Below are positions 23,839 through 37,947 of a stretch of DNA of 64,000 nt, piece by piece. This DNA comes from Antedon mediterranea. Lineage: Eukaryota > Animalia > Echinodermata. The stretch lies in NCBI RefSeq assembly GCF_964355755.1, contig NC_092678.1, forward strand, positions 20,291,365 to 20,355,364, read 5' to 3'. The position numbers were made by a program, and so were the translations under genes. Position 1 is the stretch's first letter. Each line of letters begins with the position of its first letter. The notes under the pieces are model-generated. The model was not told the DNA's origin, made no database searches, and worked only from the letters and a program-made list of their open reading frames with translations.

Positions 23839-26800
23839 TGATAATTATAATTACAGTATTTTAATTGACAACAATTACTGGTTAAATATTGCTTTTTCAT
23901 CAATTATGAAATTAACCTCCTGTAAAATGATTATAAAATTTACCCGTTCTACCGTAATATTTTAATTCGATCAAGACTAATTAAAAGTGATAATTATAAA
24001 AGTGATTATCATTATAAATGTTTTAGTGATAAAAACTATTGGTTAATTATTGCTTTTCATTGATAGGAAACTGGTGAGTTAATACTGAATTAACCTCCTG
24101 TAAAACAATACTATTGTATTTTTTTCTTTATTTCAATAGAGAAATCAGAAGGGCGATTTCATAGGTTAAGGAAGAAACTGGCACCCAGTTCTAAAATAAA
24201 GCGGCTTGAATCAAGTGAAACAAAGTTAGGTGAGTTATTATAGTTTTTATTTATTTTTTTTATAAAATCTACCCTTTCCACCATAATATTTTAATTCAAT
24301 CAAGACCAATTAAAAGTGATAAAAAACGGTTAATTATAAATTTTTAGTGCTAAAAACCACTGGTTAAATCTTCTGAGATGCGCTTTATTTAATGTGCTGA
24401 GTGTACGTGTTGCGCCCAATTACGCACGTGCTGAGCAAGTTTTGAAAAAAATGCCAGAAATGAAGAGACTGAACAATCACAACGGTTATGACATCAACAA
24501 TATGACCACTATTAATTATTTGTTAATTTCCCATATCTATATTACAAATAATTGTGGGCAAAGCCTTTTGTATGTTAAACTTTCCAGTACCAAAAATTAA
24601 AACAGTAAATTAGATTTTAACTTGTCACACATGCACACTAGCGCGCTGTTAATTTAAGCTAGGCCTAGGCTACACTAAAGTGCATGAACAGCTTATAGAG
24701 TACTGCTTTATCAGATTCTGTAAATAAACATTATAACATTTTTTTTAATGTAAAAGGAAATACTAAACAAGAATCTAAACAGCCGATTTAGTAGATTTAA
24801 AATTTATTTATTTTAAAAGAATGTTATTAAATAATAAATAAACAATATAAATATGGGGTTCATGCTCCTCTGTACTCTGTTTACTGTATAGTTAAATGTC
24901 GCAAATATTGTATACACTTAATTATCTATTGTAAGATTGTATAATATTGTAGTTTAAAAATATGAAGCATAACGTAGTTTAATAGGCAAAAAATTTAAGA
25001 CAGAAATGTATTGATTTAAACAAAAGTTTTTTGTATTATTTTTTAGGTGATTTAAGTGAGTATGTAACGAGGAAACTCAAAGAAAAACATATTGATTTAA
25101 GAGGAAAAACTGAAGAATTATCTGAAGCAATGGAACATATGAAGATTACAAGTAAAGGTAGGTATAGAAAATACAAAATTGTGAAAACAAGCTTTTTATA
25201 ACACGCTACCAGACTACTTCATTAAATCAGTAAATTTGGTCTTGTCGTGGTTGCGACTTAATAGATGAGATAATCGATTTAATATTTTAGATTATTTAGA
25301 GAATTGTTTCAGCTAAAATTTGGAAATAGGTCGGTAATCGTTAAGATAGGAAATAATTAATCTTTTCATGATTTCTGCATCAGACATAATATTAATTCCC
25401 ATAAAAATGTTATCCGATTCTGAGACAAATATATTATTCAATGTATAAACTCTAAGGCAATCAGTAAGATTGAATCAACTGAATGAACAAAATACCAAGC
25501 ATTGTCACTGTTAGTTAGCATGTTGAGATATTACAAAACACTCATTTACAGCTAAAGCTGTAATTTTTAAACAATTCATGAAATCATGAAGCCCAGAATG
25601 TAGGCTGAAATCAAAGGTTTATATTTCTATTTCAAATTTTAAAGTGTTTTCTTCCGAACCTTTAGAAGTAATATTTTGTTATTTTGTGTACAGTACATTA
25701 ATAATGGGTTTTTATTCATTAAAATACATATTGTTTATATGACTTAATATACAAAATTGGGTAAAAATATATAATTTAAAAAAAACAAATAATATACATA
25801 AATATGTTATTGAACAGGCACTTAATCAAATGTTGGCAAAAGCTCTGATTTGACCATCACAATTATAAAAATAAATTCAATTTGAAGCCCTTTTTAAAAT
25901 TTTGATACAATATTGTCCGTTTTATTTATTGTCCAAAAACGTCATATTTCAATAAAAAATATAATTGTCACATTGATGATTTCTAAAAATAAATTGTATG
26001 AAATTGTTTTTGATCTTAAATATACGCTTTTTACCAATGTTTAATGTTAAATATTTTAAACAAAAATATTGTAATAATTTACCAAGGCAATGTACAAAAT
26101 GCACTCTGTTAGGCTATGTCTAGGCTACATTAAACTAAAGTACATGAATATAAACTAGTGTTACTATGTTGCATGTACTGATATAATATCCATGTACAAA
26201 ATGCACTCTGTTAGGCTATGTCTAGGCTACATTAAAGTACATGAATATAAACTAGTGTTACTATGTTGCATGTACTGATATAATATCCATGTACAAAATG
26301 CACTCTGTTAGGCTATGTCTAGGCTACATTAAAGTACATGAATATAATCTAGTGTTACTATGTTGCATGTACTGATATAATATCCATGTACAAAATGCAC
26401 TCTGTTAGGCTATGTCTAGGCTACATTAAAGTACATGAATATAAACTAGTGTTACTATGTTGCATGTACTGATATAATATCCATGTACAAAATGCACTCT
26501 GTTAGGCTATGTCTAGGCTACATTAAAGTACATGAATATAAACTAGTGTTACTATGTTGCATGTACTGATATAATATCCATGTACAAAATGCACTCTGTT
26601 AGGCTATGTCTAGGCTACATTAAAGTACATGAATATAAACTAGTGTTACTATGTTGCATGTACTGATATAATATCCATGTACAAAATGCACTCTGTTAGG
26701 CTATGTCTAGGCTACATTAAAGTACATGAATATAAACTAGTGTTACTATGTTGCATGTACTGATATAATATCCATGTACAAAATGCACTCTGTTAGGCTA

Positions 26801-29800
26801 TGTCTAGGCTACATTAAAGTACATGAATATAAACTAGTGTTACTATGTTGCATGTACTGATATAATATCCATGTACAAAATGCACTCTGTTAGGCTATGT
26901 CTAGGCTACATTAAAGTACATGAATATAAACTAGTGTTACTATGTTGCATGTACTGATATAATAATTAATATCCATGTACAAAATGCACTCTGTTAGGCT
27001 ATGTCTAGGCTACATTAAAGTACATGAATATAAACTAGTGTTACTATGTTGCATGTACTGATATAATATCCATGTACAAAATGCACTCTGTTAGGCTATG
27101 TCTAGGCTACATTAAAGTACATGAATATAAACTAGTGTTACTATGTTGCATGTACTGATATAATATCCATGTACAAAATGCACTCTGTTAGGCTATGTCT
27201 AGGCTACATTAAAGTACATGAATATAAACTAGTGTTACTATGTTGCATGTACTGATATAATATCCATGTACAAAATGCACTCTGTTAGGCTATGTCTAGG
27301 CTACATTAAAGTACATGAATATAAACTAGTGTTACTATGTTGCATGTACTGATATAATATCCATGTACAAAATGCACTCTGTTAGGCTATGTCTAGGCTA
27401 CATTAAAGTACATGAATATAAACTAGTGTTACTATGTTGCATGTACTGATATAATATCCATGTACAAAATGCACTCTGTTAGGCTATGTCTAGGCTACAT
27501 TAAAGTACATGAATATAAACTAGTGTTACTATGTTGCATGTACTGATATAATATCCATGTACAAAATGCACTCTGTTAGGCTATGCCTAGGCTACATTAA
27601 AGTACATGAATATAAACTAGTGTTACTATGTTGCATGTACTGATATAATATCCATGTACAAAATGCACTCTGTTAGGCTATGTCTAGGCTACATTAAAGT
27701 ACATGAATATAAACTAGTGTTACTATGTTGCATGTACTGATATAATATCCATGTACAAAATGCACTCTGTTAGGCTATGTCTAGGCTACATTAAAGTACA
27801 TGAATATAAACTAGTGTTACTATGTTGCATGTACTGATATAATATCCATGTACAAAATGCACTCTGTTAGGCTATGTCTAGGCTACATTAAAGTACATGA
27901 ATATAAACTAGTGTTACTATGTTGCATGTACTGATATAATATCCATGTACAAAATGCACTCTGTTAGGCTATGTCTAGGCTACATTAAAGTACATGAATA
28001 TAAACTAGTGTTACTATGTTGCATGTACTGATATAATATCCATGTACACTAAATCAATCAATTGTGTGTGAAATGCTGAGTCAACATTCTACAGATAGTT
28101 ATACCAAATTTTTATCCTCTTTATTGCAATAGAAAAATCAGAGGATGTATTGTATAAGTCAAGAGATGTATTGTCAATTAGTTCTGAAATAATGCAGCTT
28201 GAACCAAGTGAAACGAAGTTAGGTAAGTTTATTATAGTTGTTTATGATTATAAAATCTACCCGTAACATAATATTTTAATTCGATCAAGGCCAATAATTA
28301 AAAGTGATAGTTATAAAAAAATAATGGTTAAAAATATTGCTTTCCATTGATTAGAAAACTGTTGAGTTTATACTGAATTAACCTACTATTGGAAAGAGTG
28401 TAAAAAAGTGGATTAATTAATTAACTCTTCTTCTTCTCTGTCAATTTATTGTGTTAAATTTGGTGTTACATAATATAAACACATTTTTATTTTCTTTAGT
28501 ATAATACATTTGTTTTGTTATTACCTTCAGAACCCATCAATTACACTTACAGTCTACACCTTTTTCTGTTTTTTATATGACCTCTGCAAAAACATTACAA
28601 TATTGTTCTCTGTACTCATAATTACTGTTACAGTTATACATGTAACATAATAGCAATCCCAAAATGTTATCGTCTTTATTTTAATAGAGGAATGAAATTA
28701 ACCTCCTGTAAAATGATTATAAAATTTACCCGTTCTACCGTAATATTTTAATTCGATCAAGACTAATTAAAAGTGATAATTATAAAAGTGATTATCATTA
28801 TAAATGTTTTAGTGATAAAAACTATTGGTTAATTATTGCTTTTCATTGATAGGAAACTGGTGAGTTAATACTGAATTAACCTCCTGTAAAACAATACTAT
28901 TGTATTTTTTTCTTTATTTCAATAGAGAAATCAGAAGGGCGATTTCATTGGTTAAGGAAGAAACTGGCGCCCAGTTCTAAAATAAAGCGGCTTGAATCAA
29001 GTGAAACAAAGTTAGGTGAGTTATTATAGTTTTTATTTATTTTTTTTATAAAATCTACCCTTTCCACCATAATATTTTAATTCAATCAAGACCAATTAAA
29101 AGTGATAAAAAACGGTTAATTATAAATTTTTAGTGCTAAAAACCACTGGTTAAATCTTCTGAGATGCGCTTTATTTAATGTGCTGAGTGTACGTGTTGCG
29201 CCCAATTACGCACGTGCTGAGCAAGTTTTGAAAAAAATGCCAGAAATGAAGAAACTGAACAATCACAACGGTTATGACATCAACAATATGACCACTATTA
29301 ATTATTTGTTAATTTCCCATATCTATATTACAAATAATTGTGGGCAAAGCCTTTTGTATGTTAAACTTTCCAGTACCAAAAATTAAAACAGTAAATTAGA
29401 TTTTAACTTGTCACACATGCACACTAGCGCGCTGTTAATTTAAGCTAGGCCTAGGCTACACTAAAGTGCATGAACAGCTTATAGAGTACTGCTTTATCAG
29501 ATTCTGTAAATAAACATTATAACATTTTTTTTAATGTAAAAGGAAATACTAAACAAGAATCTAAACAGCCGATTTAGTAGATTTAAAATTTATTTATTTT
29601 AAAAGAATGTTATTAAATAATAAATAAACAATATAAATATGGGGTTCATGCTCCTCTGTACTCTGTTTACTGTATAGTTAAATGTCGCAAATATTGTATA
29701 CACTTAATTATCTATTGTAAGATTGTATAATATTGTAGTTTAAAAATATGAAGCATAACATAGTTTAATATGCAAAAAATTTAAGACAGAAATGTATTGA

Positions 29801-32800
29801 TTTAAACAAAAGTTTTTTGTATTATTTTTTAGGTGATTTAAGTGAGTATGTAACGAGGAAACTCAAAGAAAAACATATTGATTTAAGAGGAAAAACTGAA
29901 GAATTATCTGAAGCAATGGAACATATGAAGATTACAAGTAAAGGTAGGTATAGAAAATACAAAATTGTGAAAACAAGCTTTTTATAACACGCTACCAGAC
30001 TACTTCATTAAATCAGTAAATTTGGTCTTGTCGTGGTTGCGACTTAATAGATGAGATAATCGATTTAATATTTTAGATTATTTAGAGAATTGTTTCAGCT
30101 AAAATTTGGAAATAGGTCGGTAATCGTTAAGATAGGAAATAATTAATCTTTTCATGATTTCTGCATCAGACATAATATTAATTCCCATAAAAATGTTATC
30201 CGATTCTGAGACAAATATATTATTCAATGTATAAACTCTAAGGCAATCAGTAAGATTGAATCAACTGAATGAACAAAATACCAAGCATTGTCACTGTTAG
30301 TTAGCATGTTGAGATATTACAAAACACTCATTTACAGCTAAAGCTGTAATTTTTAAACAATTCATGAAATCATGAAGCCCAGAATGTAGGCTGAAATCAA
30401 AGGTTTATATTTCTATTTCAAATTTTAAAGTGTTTTCTTCCGAACCTTTAGAAGTAATATTTTGTTATTTTGTGTACAGTACATTAATAATGGGTTTTTA
30501 TTCATTAAAATACATATTGTTTATATGACTTAATATACAAAATTGGGTAAAAATATATAATTAAAAAAAACCAAATAATATACATAAATATGTTATTGAA
30601 CAGGCACTTAATCAAATGTTGGCAAAAGCTCTGATTTGACCATCACAATTATAAAAATAAATTCAATTTGAAGCCCTTTTTAAAATTTTGATACAATATT
30701 GTCCGTTTTATTTATTGTCCAAAAACGTCATATTTCAATAAAAAATATAATTGTCACATTGATGATTTCTAAAAATAAATTGTATGAAATTGTTTTTGAT
30801 CATAAATATACGCTTTTTACCAATGTTTAATGTTAAATATTTTAAACAAAAATATTGTAATAATTTACCAAGGCAATGTACAAAATGCACTCTGTTAGGC
30901 TATGTCTAGGCTACATTAAAGTACATGAATATAAACTAGTGTTACTATGTTGCATGTACTGATATAATATCCATGTACAAAATGCACTCTGTTAGGCTAT
31001 GTCTAGGCTACATTAAAGTACATGAATATAAACTAGTGTTACTATGTTGCATGTACTGATATCATATCCATGTACAAAATGCACTCTGACTGTTAGGCTA
31101 TGCCTAGGCTACATTAAAGTACATGAATATAAACTAGTGTTACTATGTTGCATGTACTGATATAATATCCATGTACAAAATGCACTCTGTTAGGCTATGT
31201 CTAGGCTACATTAAAGTACATGAATATAAACTAGTGTTACTATGTTGCATGTACTGATATAATATCCATGTACAAAATGCACTCTGTTAGGCTATGTCTA
31301 GGCTACATTAAAGTACATGAATATAAACTAGTGTTACTATGTTGCATGTACTGATATAATATCCATGTACAAAATGCACTCTGTTAGGCTATGTCTAGGC
31401 TACATTAAAGTACATGAATATAAACTAGTGTTACTATGTTGCATGTACTGATATAATATCCATGTACAAAATGCACTCTGTTAGGCTATGTCTAGGCTAC
31501 ATTAAAGTACATGAATATAAACTAGTGTTACTATGTTGCATGTACTGATATAATATCCATGTACAAAATGCACTCTGTTAGGCTATGTCTAGGCTACATT
31601 AAAGTACATGAATATAAACTAGTGTTACTATGTTGCATGTACTGATATAATAATTAATATCCATGTACAAAATGCACTCTGTTAGGCTATGTCTAGGCTA
31701 CATTAAAGTACATGAATATAAACTAGTGTTACTATGTTGCATGTACTGATATAATATCCATGTACAAAATGCACTCTGTTAGGCTATGTCTAGGCTACAT
31801 TAAAGTACATGAATATAAACTAGTGTTACTATGTTGCATGTACTGATATAATATCCATGTACAAAATGCACTCTGTTAGGCTATGTCTAGGCTACATTAA
31901 AGTACATGAATATAAACTAGTGTTACTATGTTGCATGTACTGATATAATATCCATGTACAAAATGCACTCTGTTAGGCTATGTCTAGGCTACATTAAAGT
32001 ACATGAATATAAACTAGTGTTACTATGTTGCATGTACTGATATAATATCCATGTACAAAATGCACTCTGTTAGGCTATGTCTAGGCTACATTAAAGTACA
32101 TGAATATAAACTAGTGTTACTATGTTGCATGTACTGATATAATATCCATGTACAAAATGCACTCTGTTAGGCTATGTCTAGGCTACATTAAAGTACATGA
32201 ATATAAACTAGTGTTACTATGTTGCATGTACTGATATAATATCCATGTACACTAAATCAATCAATTGTGTGTGAAATGCTGAGTCAACATTCTACAGATA
32301 GTTATACCAAATTTTTATCCTCTTTATTGCAATAGAAAAATCAGAGGATGTATTGTATAAGTCAAGAGATGTATTGTCAATTAGTTCTGAAATAATGCAG
32401 CTTGAACCAAGTGAAACGAAGTTAGGTAAGTTTATTATAGTTGTTTATGATTATAAAATCTACCCGTACCATAATATTTTAATTCGATCAAGGCCAATAA
32501 TTAAAAGTGATAGTTATAAAAAAATAATGGTTAAAAATATTGCTTTCCATTGATTAGAAAACTGTTGAGTTTATACTGAATTAACCTACTATTGGAAAGA
32601 GTGTAAAAAAGTGGATTAATTAATTAACTCTTCTTCTTCTCTGTCAATTTATTGTGTTAAATTTGGTGTTACATAATATAAACACATTTTTATTTTCTTT
32701 AGTATAATACATTTGTTTTGTCATTACCTTCAGAACCCATCAATTACACTTACAGTCTACACCTTTTTCTGTTTTTTATATGACCTCTGCAAAAACATTA

Positions 32801-33583
32801 CAATATTGTTCTCTGTACTCATAATTACTGTTACAGTTATACATGTAACATAATAGCAATCCCAAAATGTTATCGTCTTTATTTTAATAGAGGAATCAGA
32901 TAATGTATTGTTTCGTTCAACAAAGGAATTTCCATATGGTTCTAAATCAAGTGAGTCAGGTTAAGGTCAAGTTATTATAGTTTGTGATAAATCTACTGTT
33001 ATTTTAAATCAGAGCAAATAGAAATTCATTTGAGTGATAATTATAAAGTTGCCACTCAATTCTAAAATAAAACAGCATGCACCAACACAAAGTTCTGAAT
33101 CAAGTGATAATTATTTTAATTGACAACAATTACTGATTAAATGTTGCTTTTTAATCAATTATGAAACTGAGTAGTTAATACTTAATTAATCTCCGTAAAG
33201 CATACTAATGTGGTGTTATCTTGATTTAAATAAATAGTAAAATCCGAAGGGAAATTGTATAAGTCAATGGAGGAATTTACAATCGGTTCTGAACTAAAAT
33301 GGGATAAAGCAAGTGAAACAAAGTTATTACAAGGTGAGTTAATAATAGTTATAGTCTGTTATTATAAAATTTACTGTATAATTTTAATCCAGACCAATTA
33401 AAATGTATTATAATTGGAAAGAGTGCAAAAAAGTGATCAAATCTACTGGTTAAATACTACTTTTTAATTTCTCATATAGTAATAATATTATTTGATTACT
33501 ACATAATGGTTATCATTATTATTTTTTAGGAGAATCTGTGCTGCATCCCAAATTGCCAATCAGATATGCTAAATCCAAAACAG
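22099..33583 (+). CDS. Series of short symmetric phase-1 exons encoding a Ser/Glu/Lys-rich repetitive spacer: 22099-22146, 22568-22651, 22794-22826, 24140-24229, 25047-25157, 28133-28222, 28926-29015, 29833-29943, 32336-32425, 32891-32950, 33238-33333, 33530-33583; possible terminal exon 33665-33723
   Basis: Each has AG/GT borders, a length that is a multiple of 3, and an open phase-1 frame. Several share EKS....Y.......SS....EPSETKL. Confidence 0.72.
22905..23183 (+). mobile_element. L2-type LINE 3' fragment
   Basis: ADRSF.V.GPRLWNDLP..IR......FKRKLK, then an AGCGCT...AGCGCTATA stem and a TGTAA-type tail. Confidence 0.75.
26090..28047 (+). repeat. 97-bp intronic minisatellite, 20 units
   Basis: Unit ATGTACAAAATGCACTCTG...GATATAATATCC; nearly invariant. 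Confidence 0.97.
30876..32250 (+). repeat. 97-bp intronic minisatellite, 14 units
   Basis: Same unit, in the duplicated copy. Confidence 0.97.
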
Positions 33584-34993
33584 GTAAGTTAGTACAGTTT
33601 ATTTATCACAGTACATTAATTTTCTGTTGTTAAATGTTTAATTTAATTTTGTTTATTTATTCAGGTATAAAAAAGATACAATTTAGCCAAAGGATAAGGC
33701 ATTGTATTACAAAGAAATCTTAGTATTATAAAAATATAAAAATGTTCACATTTAAACTTTACAATACACAATTATTAAAAGAAAAAACAAGAAAATACTG
33801 TACAAAATGGGCAATAACATTAAAATAAATCATCCAAATTATTACAATATAAAAAATATATTTATAAAATAATTAAATATAATTATAAATTAAACAAATC
33901 TAGTATTGACTTTGGTTAAACATACAGTTAATGATTGTATGTTACCATAGTCGGTAATAGATTTGTTTGTTTAAGTTATATATAGAGAACATAGTGTGGG
34001 TGTAAAGTTATACATTCTTGTTCCTTCACTCACTACTGTTATTATGTTGTATGTACTGATACAGTTGTATCCAGTTACAAAACAATAATAGGTATTTATA
34101 TGATTTAATGAATGAAGTAAGTAATTTACAATATAATGTTTTATTAATGATTACGATACGCTAATACCATGCTGAAAAAATAATAATCAAGAGTAGGCCT
34201 ATTTAGAGAATAAAATCAATCAACTACACAAGTGTTCCCAACACCTAAATTAAATATAATGGCAGAGTCAGATTAAGAAATCTATGTAGGTATAAAACAA
34301 TACGTATAAATAATAAAACTAAATAGTACTAAATATATCCTATGAAGAACATTTAACATTCATGAATTTTGTGAATATTATTATGGTATACTAAGAATTA
34401 TTCACCATCTCCAAATCTGCCACTACGGCAATGAGAAAATGGGAAGTATGCGAAAAGGAGCACTCTGTATTTTAGGTAATAATAATTCTTATTCGCATCC
34501 ATAAAATACCATAAGCAAAATATAACGGTATAATAAAAAAAAAATAATTCAAGATTACAGGAGACTAAAAAGCTTTTTTATTTGGGTATTTCCCATTATT
34601 TCCTAACGTGTTCTCAGAACTCATCTTACTGCTTTATCAGATTCTGTAAATAAACATTATAACATTTTTAAAAGGAAATACTAAACAAGAATCTAAACAG
34701 CCCATTATATTATTTAGTAGATTTAAAATTTATTTAAAATAGTATATTAAAGCATTATTGTAAGATTGTATAGTATTGTAGTTTAAAATATGAAGCATAA
34801 CGAAGTTTAATAGGCAACAAATTAAGACAGAAATCTATTGATTTAAACAAAAGTTGTTTGTTTTAAGTAAAGGTGGCTATAGAAAATACAAAATTGTGAA
34901 AACAAGTTTTTTATAACATATGCTACCAGATACCACTACCACTACCACTACCACTAAATAAGTAAATTTGGTCTTGTCGTGTTTGCAACTTAA

Positions 34994-37375
34994 AATGGAC
35001 CTGAAATGGAATTTCGATTTTCAAGAAATTCACACATGTTATTTAAATGTATCAAATTAACACAAACCCATACAAATAAAAACAAAATGTATAGTATTTT
35101 GAGTAAAAACGAAATTTTAAGATACCATGGTAAATTAGCGAAAATTACTCACGCCATTGCAATATTCTATTTTAACGGCCGTCGGAAGCCTCTATATTCA
35201 CGACGTCACATATACACACGATGATATCGAGAGCGTGTATGCCGCCCGATAGTCAGTGAATGATCGACGGCCTGGAAAGATACGCGAAGCGTTGACACTA
35301 ATACTAATTTATTCAATATCTAATGTTGTTGAAATATAGGTCCCTAAAATGTACTTCGTTTGTTCTAAAACCCGAATTTAGAAGGCCTACCTCCCAAACC
35401 TTTACTAGGCCTAGGCCCCCCAATCCAGCGCGCGGAGTCGATCCACCACCCACATCATGCGGCGAGGCTCCGTTTCATGTGAATCCAAGGACCAAAGCGA
35501 TATCAACAACTTGCTTCGCTCATTGTCAAGCCAAAGTAAAATATGAATAAAATTCGTTTTCGAACTGCCTGATTCGTGACAAATAAATTATCATCTCATA
35601 TTACTAATTTAATTCTGCTAAACTAAAAACTAAAGAAACTAACACATTTTAGCAGTATAAATTACGAACGATATACAAAATACACGAACGGAAAATATGG
35701 ATACGCATCATTGCGCACGGAGCTGTATCCCGGACAACGTTGCCAGGCCAACTTCGGTATTGCCAGAAAAAAACCGTTGATTTTAAGATTTTAAATCGTC
35801 ATTTACTCGATGAATAACCGTTTATACGGTAATAATTTTATCCAGTGGCGTATCCAGTAGGGGGGCCGGGGGGCCCGGGCCCCCCCTGATTTCGTTTCCG
35901 TCGGCACATCATCGCGGCCGTCGGCAAACAAAGGTGCCGGGAAAAAAAAAAAACTATTTATTCTGACAATAATTGAACTGTAAACATAATTCTTTTGAGT
36001 GTTTGTTTATTTACATATCATATCATCATTGATCCCTTCAGGTCAACTATTTTTTATTTTCATTACATCTAACTAAACACGTAAAAAAATGTGTAGCACA
36101 TACGTACGGCCATACGCGGTAGATTGTTTACTCAAAAGTCTTTGACCTTACCCTAAAACCTTGTTTTTGCATGCAGTTGAGCCTCTCATGACCTGGGATT
36201 TGTATGTCTTCCTACGCTAAGAGATTATATAGTTCCACATGCCATGTGCTTTTTTTGTCTAAGATATATTTATTAATTATTATAAGTGCCAAAAACCCGT
36301 TTTTTTTTCTCGATATGAGGCCTTTATTATTCAAAATTTTTAAAGAAAAAGCACGTCATATACCATAAAAAATATCCATGTATTTCATTTTTGGAACAGA
36401 ATATTCCGTGAGGCTCAACTACAAAACCACCATTTTGTGATATGATGTCATCGTAAGCCAATAAAAGCTGAGCTTTCTCGCGATTGGCACTGCTCACGGT
36501 TGAATGATTTAGGATTCTAGCTGATTTGATTGGTGGATGCGAATCACCCGCAGCGGAATGTTTTTTCTCGCGCGTGTACCATGGATCTCTCTGATCGTTA
36601 CTACACAAAGTTAGAGCAATGAATTTGTCCGAAACAACTTTATATATTTTATAAGCATTTAATAACATGTTTTATTGATATTTCCAATGGTGATATATAA
36701 AATAAATTACTAAAAAACGTAATTATATGTAATTATTTTAACCAAAAATGGCGTAGTTAATAGAATTGTCGACTGAGGCCGCAAATTGTTTTACTTCTTT
36801 CGTGGCTAAAAACGATCATTTTCGGCGATGTTTTAGACCCTATATTTCGAAAACTACAAATCAGATTTACCTAATTCTTTCTTTATTGTAATATGAATAC
36901 AATATACTAACATATAATGTTGGTTTGGTTTTAATTTTGCATCGTTATCCCATATAAGACAATATGACTATGTAATCCTAGAACATATTGATCAGAGACG
37001 TCGTGTATGTACAGATAATGACACCAATTTTGTCGGCAAATTGGCAATTCCCGGCCCCCCCAACTTCAAAATCCTGGATACGCCACTGATTTTATCTAAA
37101 AAAATTCTAAATACGTTTCTGCAAATGCACAAGCATTTTTTAGAAAATACTCCATAGATTTCAAGAGTTATAGCCAAAAAACTGCAAATTTTCCATTGGA
37201 GGGATAGGAATATATTCGCAAAGTGACGTCACCCGCGAATTTTTTTGATTTTCAAATGGGGCTTTCCCCAAAGGGCCAATTTATATTTTGTAACAATATA
37301 CATTCTAGCAACACCTAATAGCCCCCAAAACATCATTCTAAAATGAAAAAAATCAAAAATCCATTTCAGGTCCAT
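34994..37375. mobile_element. Non-autonomous TTAA-targeting DNA transposon (Kolobok- or piggyBac-like)
   Basis: TIRs ATGGACCTGAAATGGA / TCCATTTCAGGTCCAT flanked by TTAA. The paralogous empty site GACTTAATAG is at ~25255. No transposase. Confidence 0.8.
35843..37088. mobile_element. hAT-type non-autonomous element nested in the TTAA element
   Basis: 15-bp TIR CAGTGGCGTATCCAG; perfect 8-bp TSD ATTTTATC (35835-35842, 37089-37096). Confidence 0.92.
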
Positions 37376-37947
37376 TTAAAAAAATGGACCTGAAATGGAT
37401 TTTCGATTTTTTTAAATAAAATATTAAATCGATTATCTCAACTATTAAAATAGTTGAGATAATCGATTTAATATTTTAGATTATTTAGAGAATTGTTTCA
37501 GCTAAAATTTGGAAATAGGCCCTGGCTACCTTTAACATAGGAACTAATTAATCTTTTCATAATTTCTGCCTCAGACATAATAGTAATTCCCATAAAAATG
37601 TTGCTGACCGGTTATCCGGTCGGATTCTGAGACAATATAATTATTATTCAATGTATAAACTCTAAGGCATTGAATCAGTGAGATTGAATCAACTGTATAA
37701 ACAAAATACCAAGCATTTCCACTGTTAGTTAGCATGTTGAGATATTACAAAACACTCATTTGCAGCTAAAGCTGTAATTTTTAAACAATTCATGAAATCA
37801 TGAAGCCCAGAATGTTTATATTTCAATTTCAGATTTTAAAGCATTTTTCTTCCGAAACTTTAGAAGTAATATTTTGTTATTTTGTGTACATTAATAATTT
37901 GTTGTTATTCAATAAAATACGTATTGTTTATATGACTTATTATACAC

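Larger units (their letters stand above)
23906..32896 (+). repeat. Recent tandem segmental duplication (23906-28693 and 28692-32896)
   Basis: Near-identical copies at offset 4786 up to the minisatellite. The junction ...AGAGGAAT/GAAATTAACC has 2-nt AT microhomology. Confidence 0.93.
34627..37945 (+). pseudogene. Older third copy of the 24.7-25.75 kb region with the 111-nt exon deleted, split by nested transposons
   Basis: 34627-34993 and 37449-37945 align to 24701-25260 and 25260-25750. Only AAGTAAAG/GT of the exon remains. Confidence 0.8.

Noticed and set aside
24394-29386. Duplicated 68-aa ORFs (24394, 29180) as small genes
   Set aside because: GTG-start ORFs in intronic sequence; repeated only because of the segmental duplication.
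26090-32250. CRISPR-like regular arrays
   Set aside because: Units are wholly repeated with no unique spacers, there are no cas genes, and the context is a eukaryotic intron.
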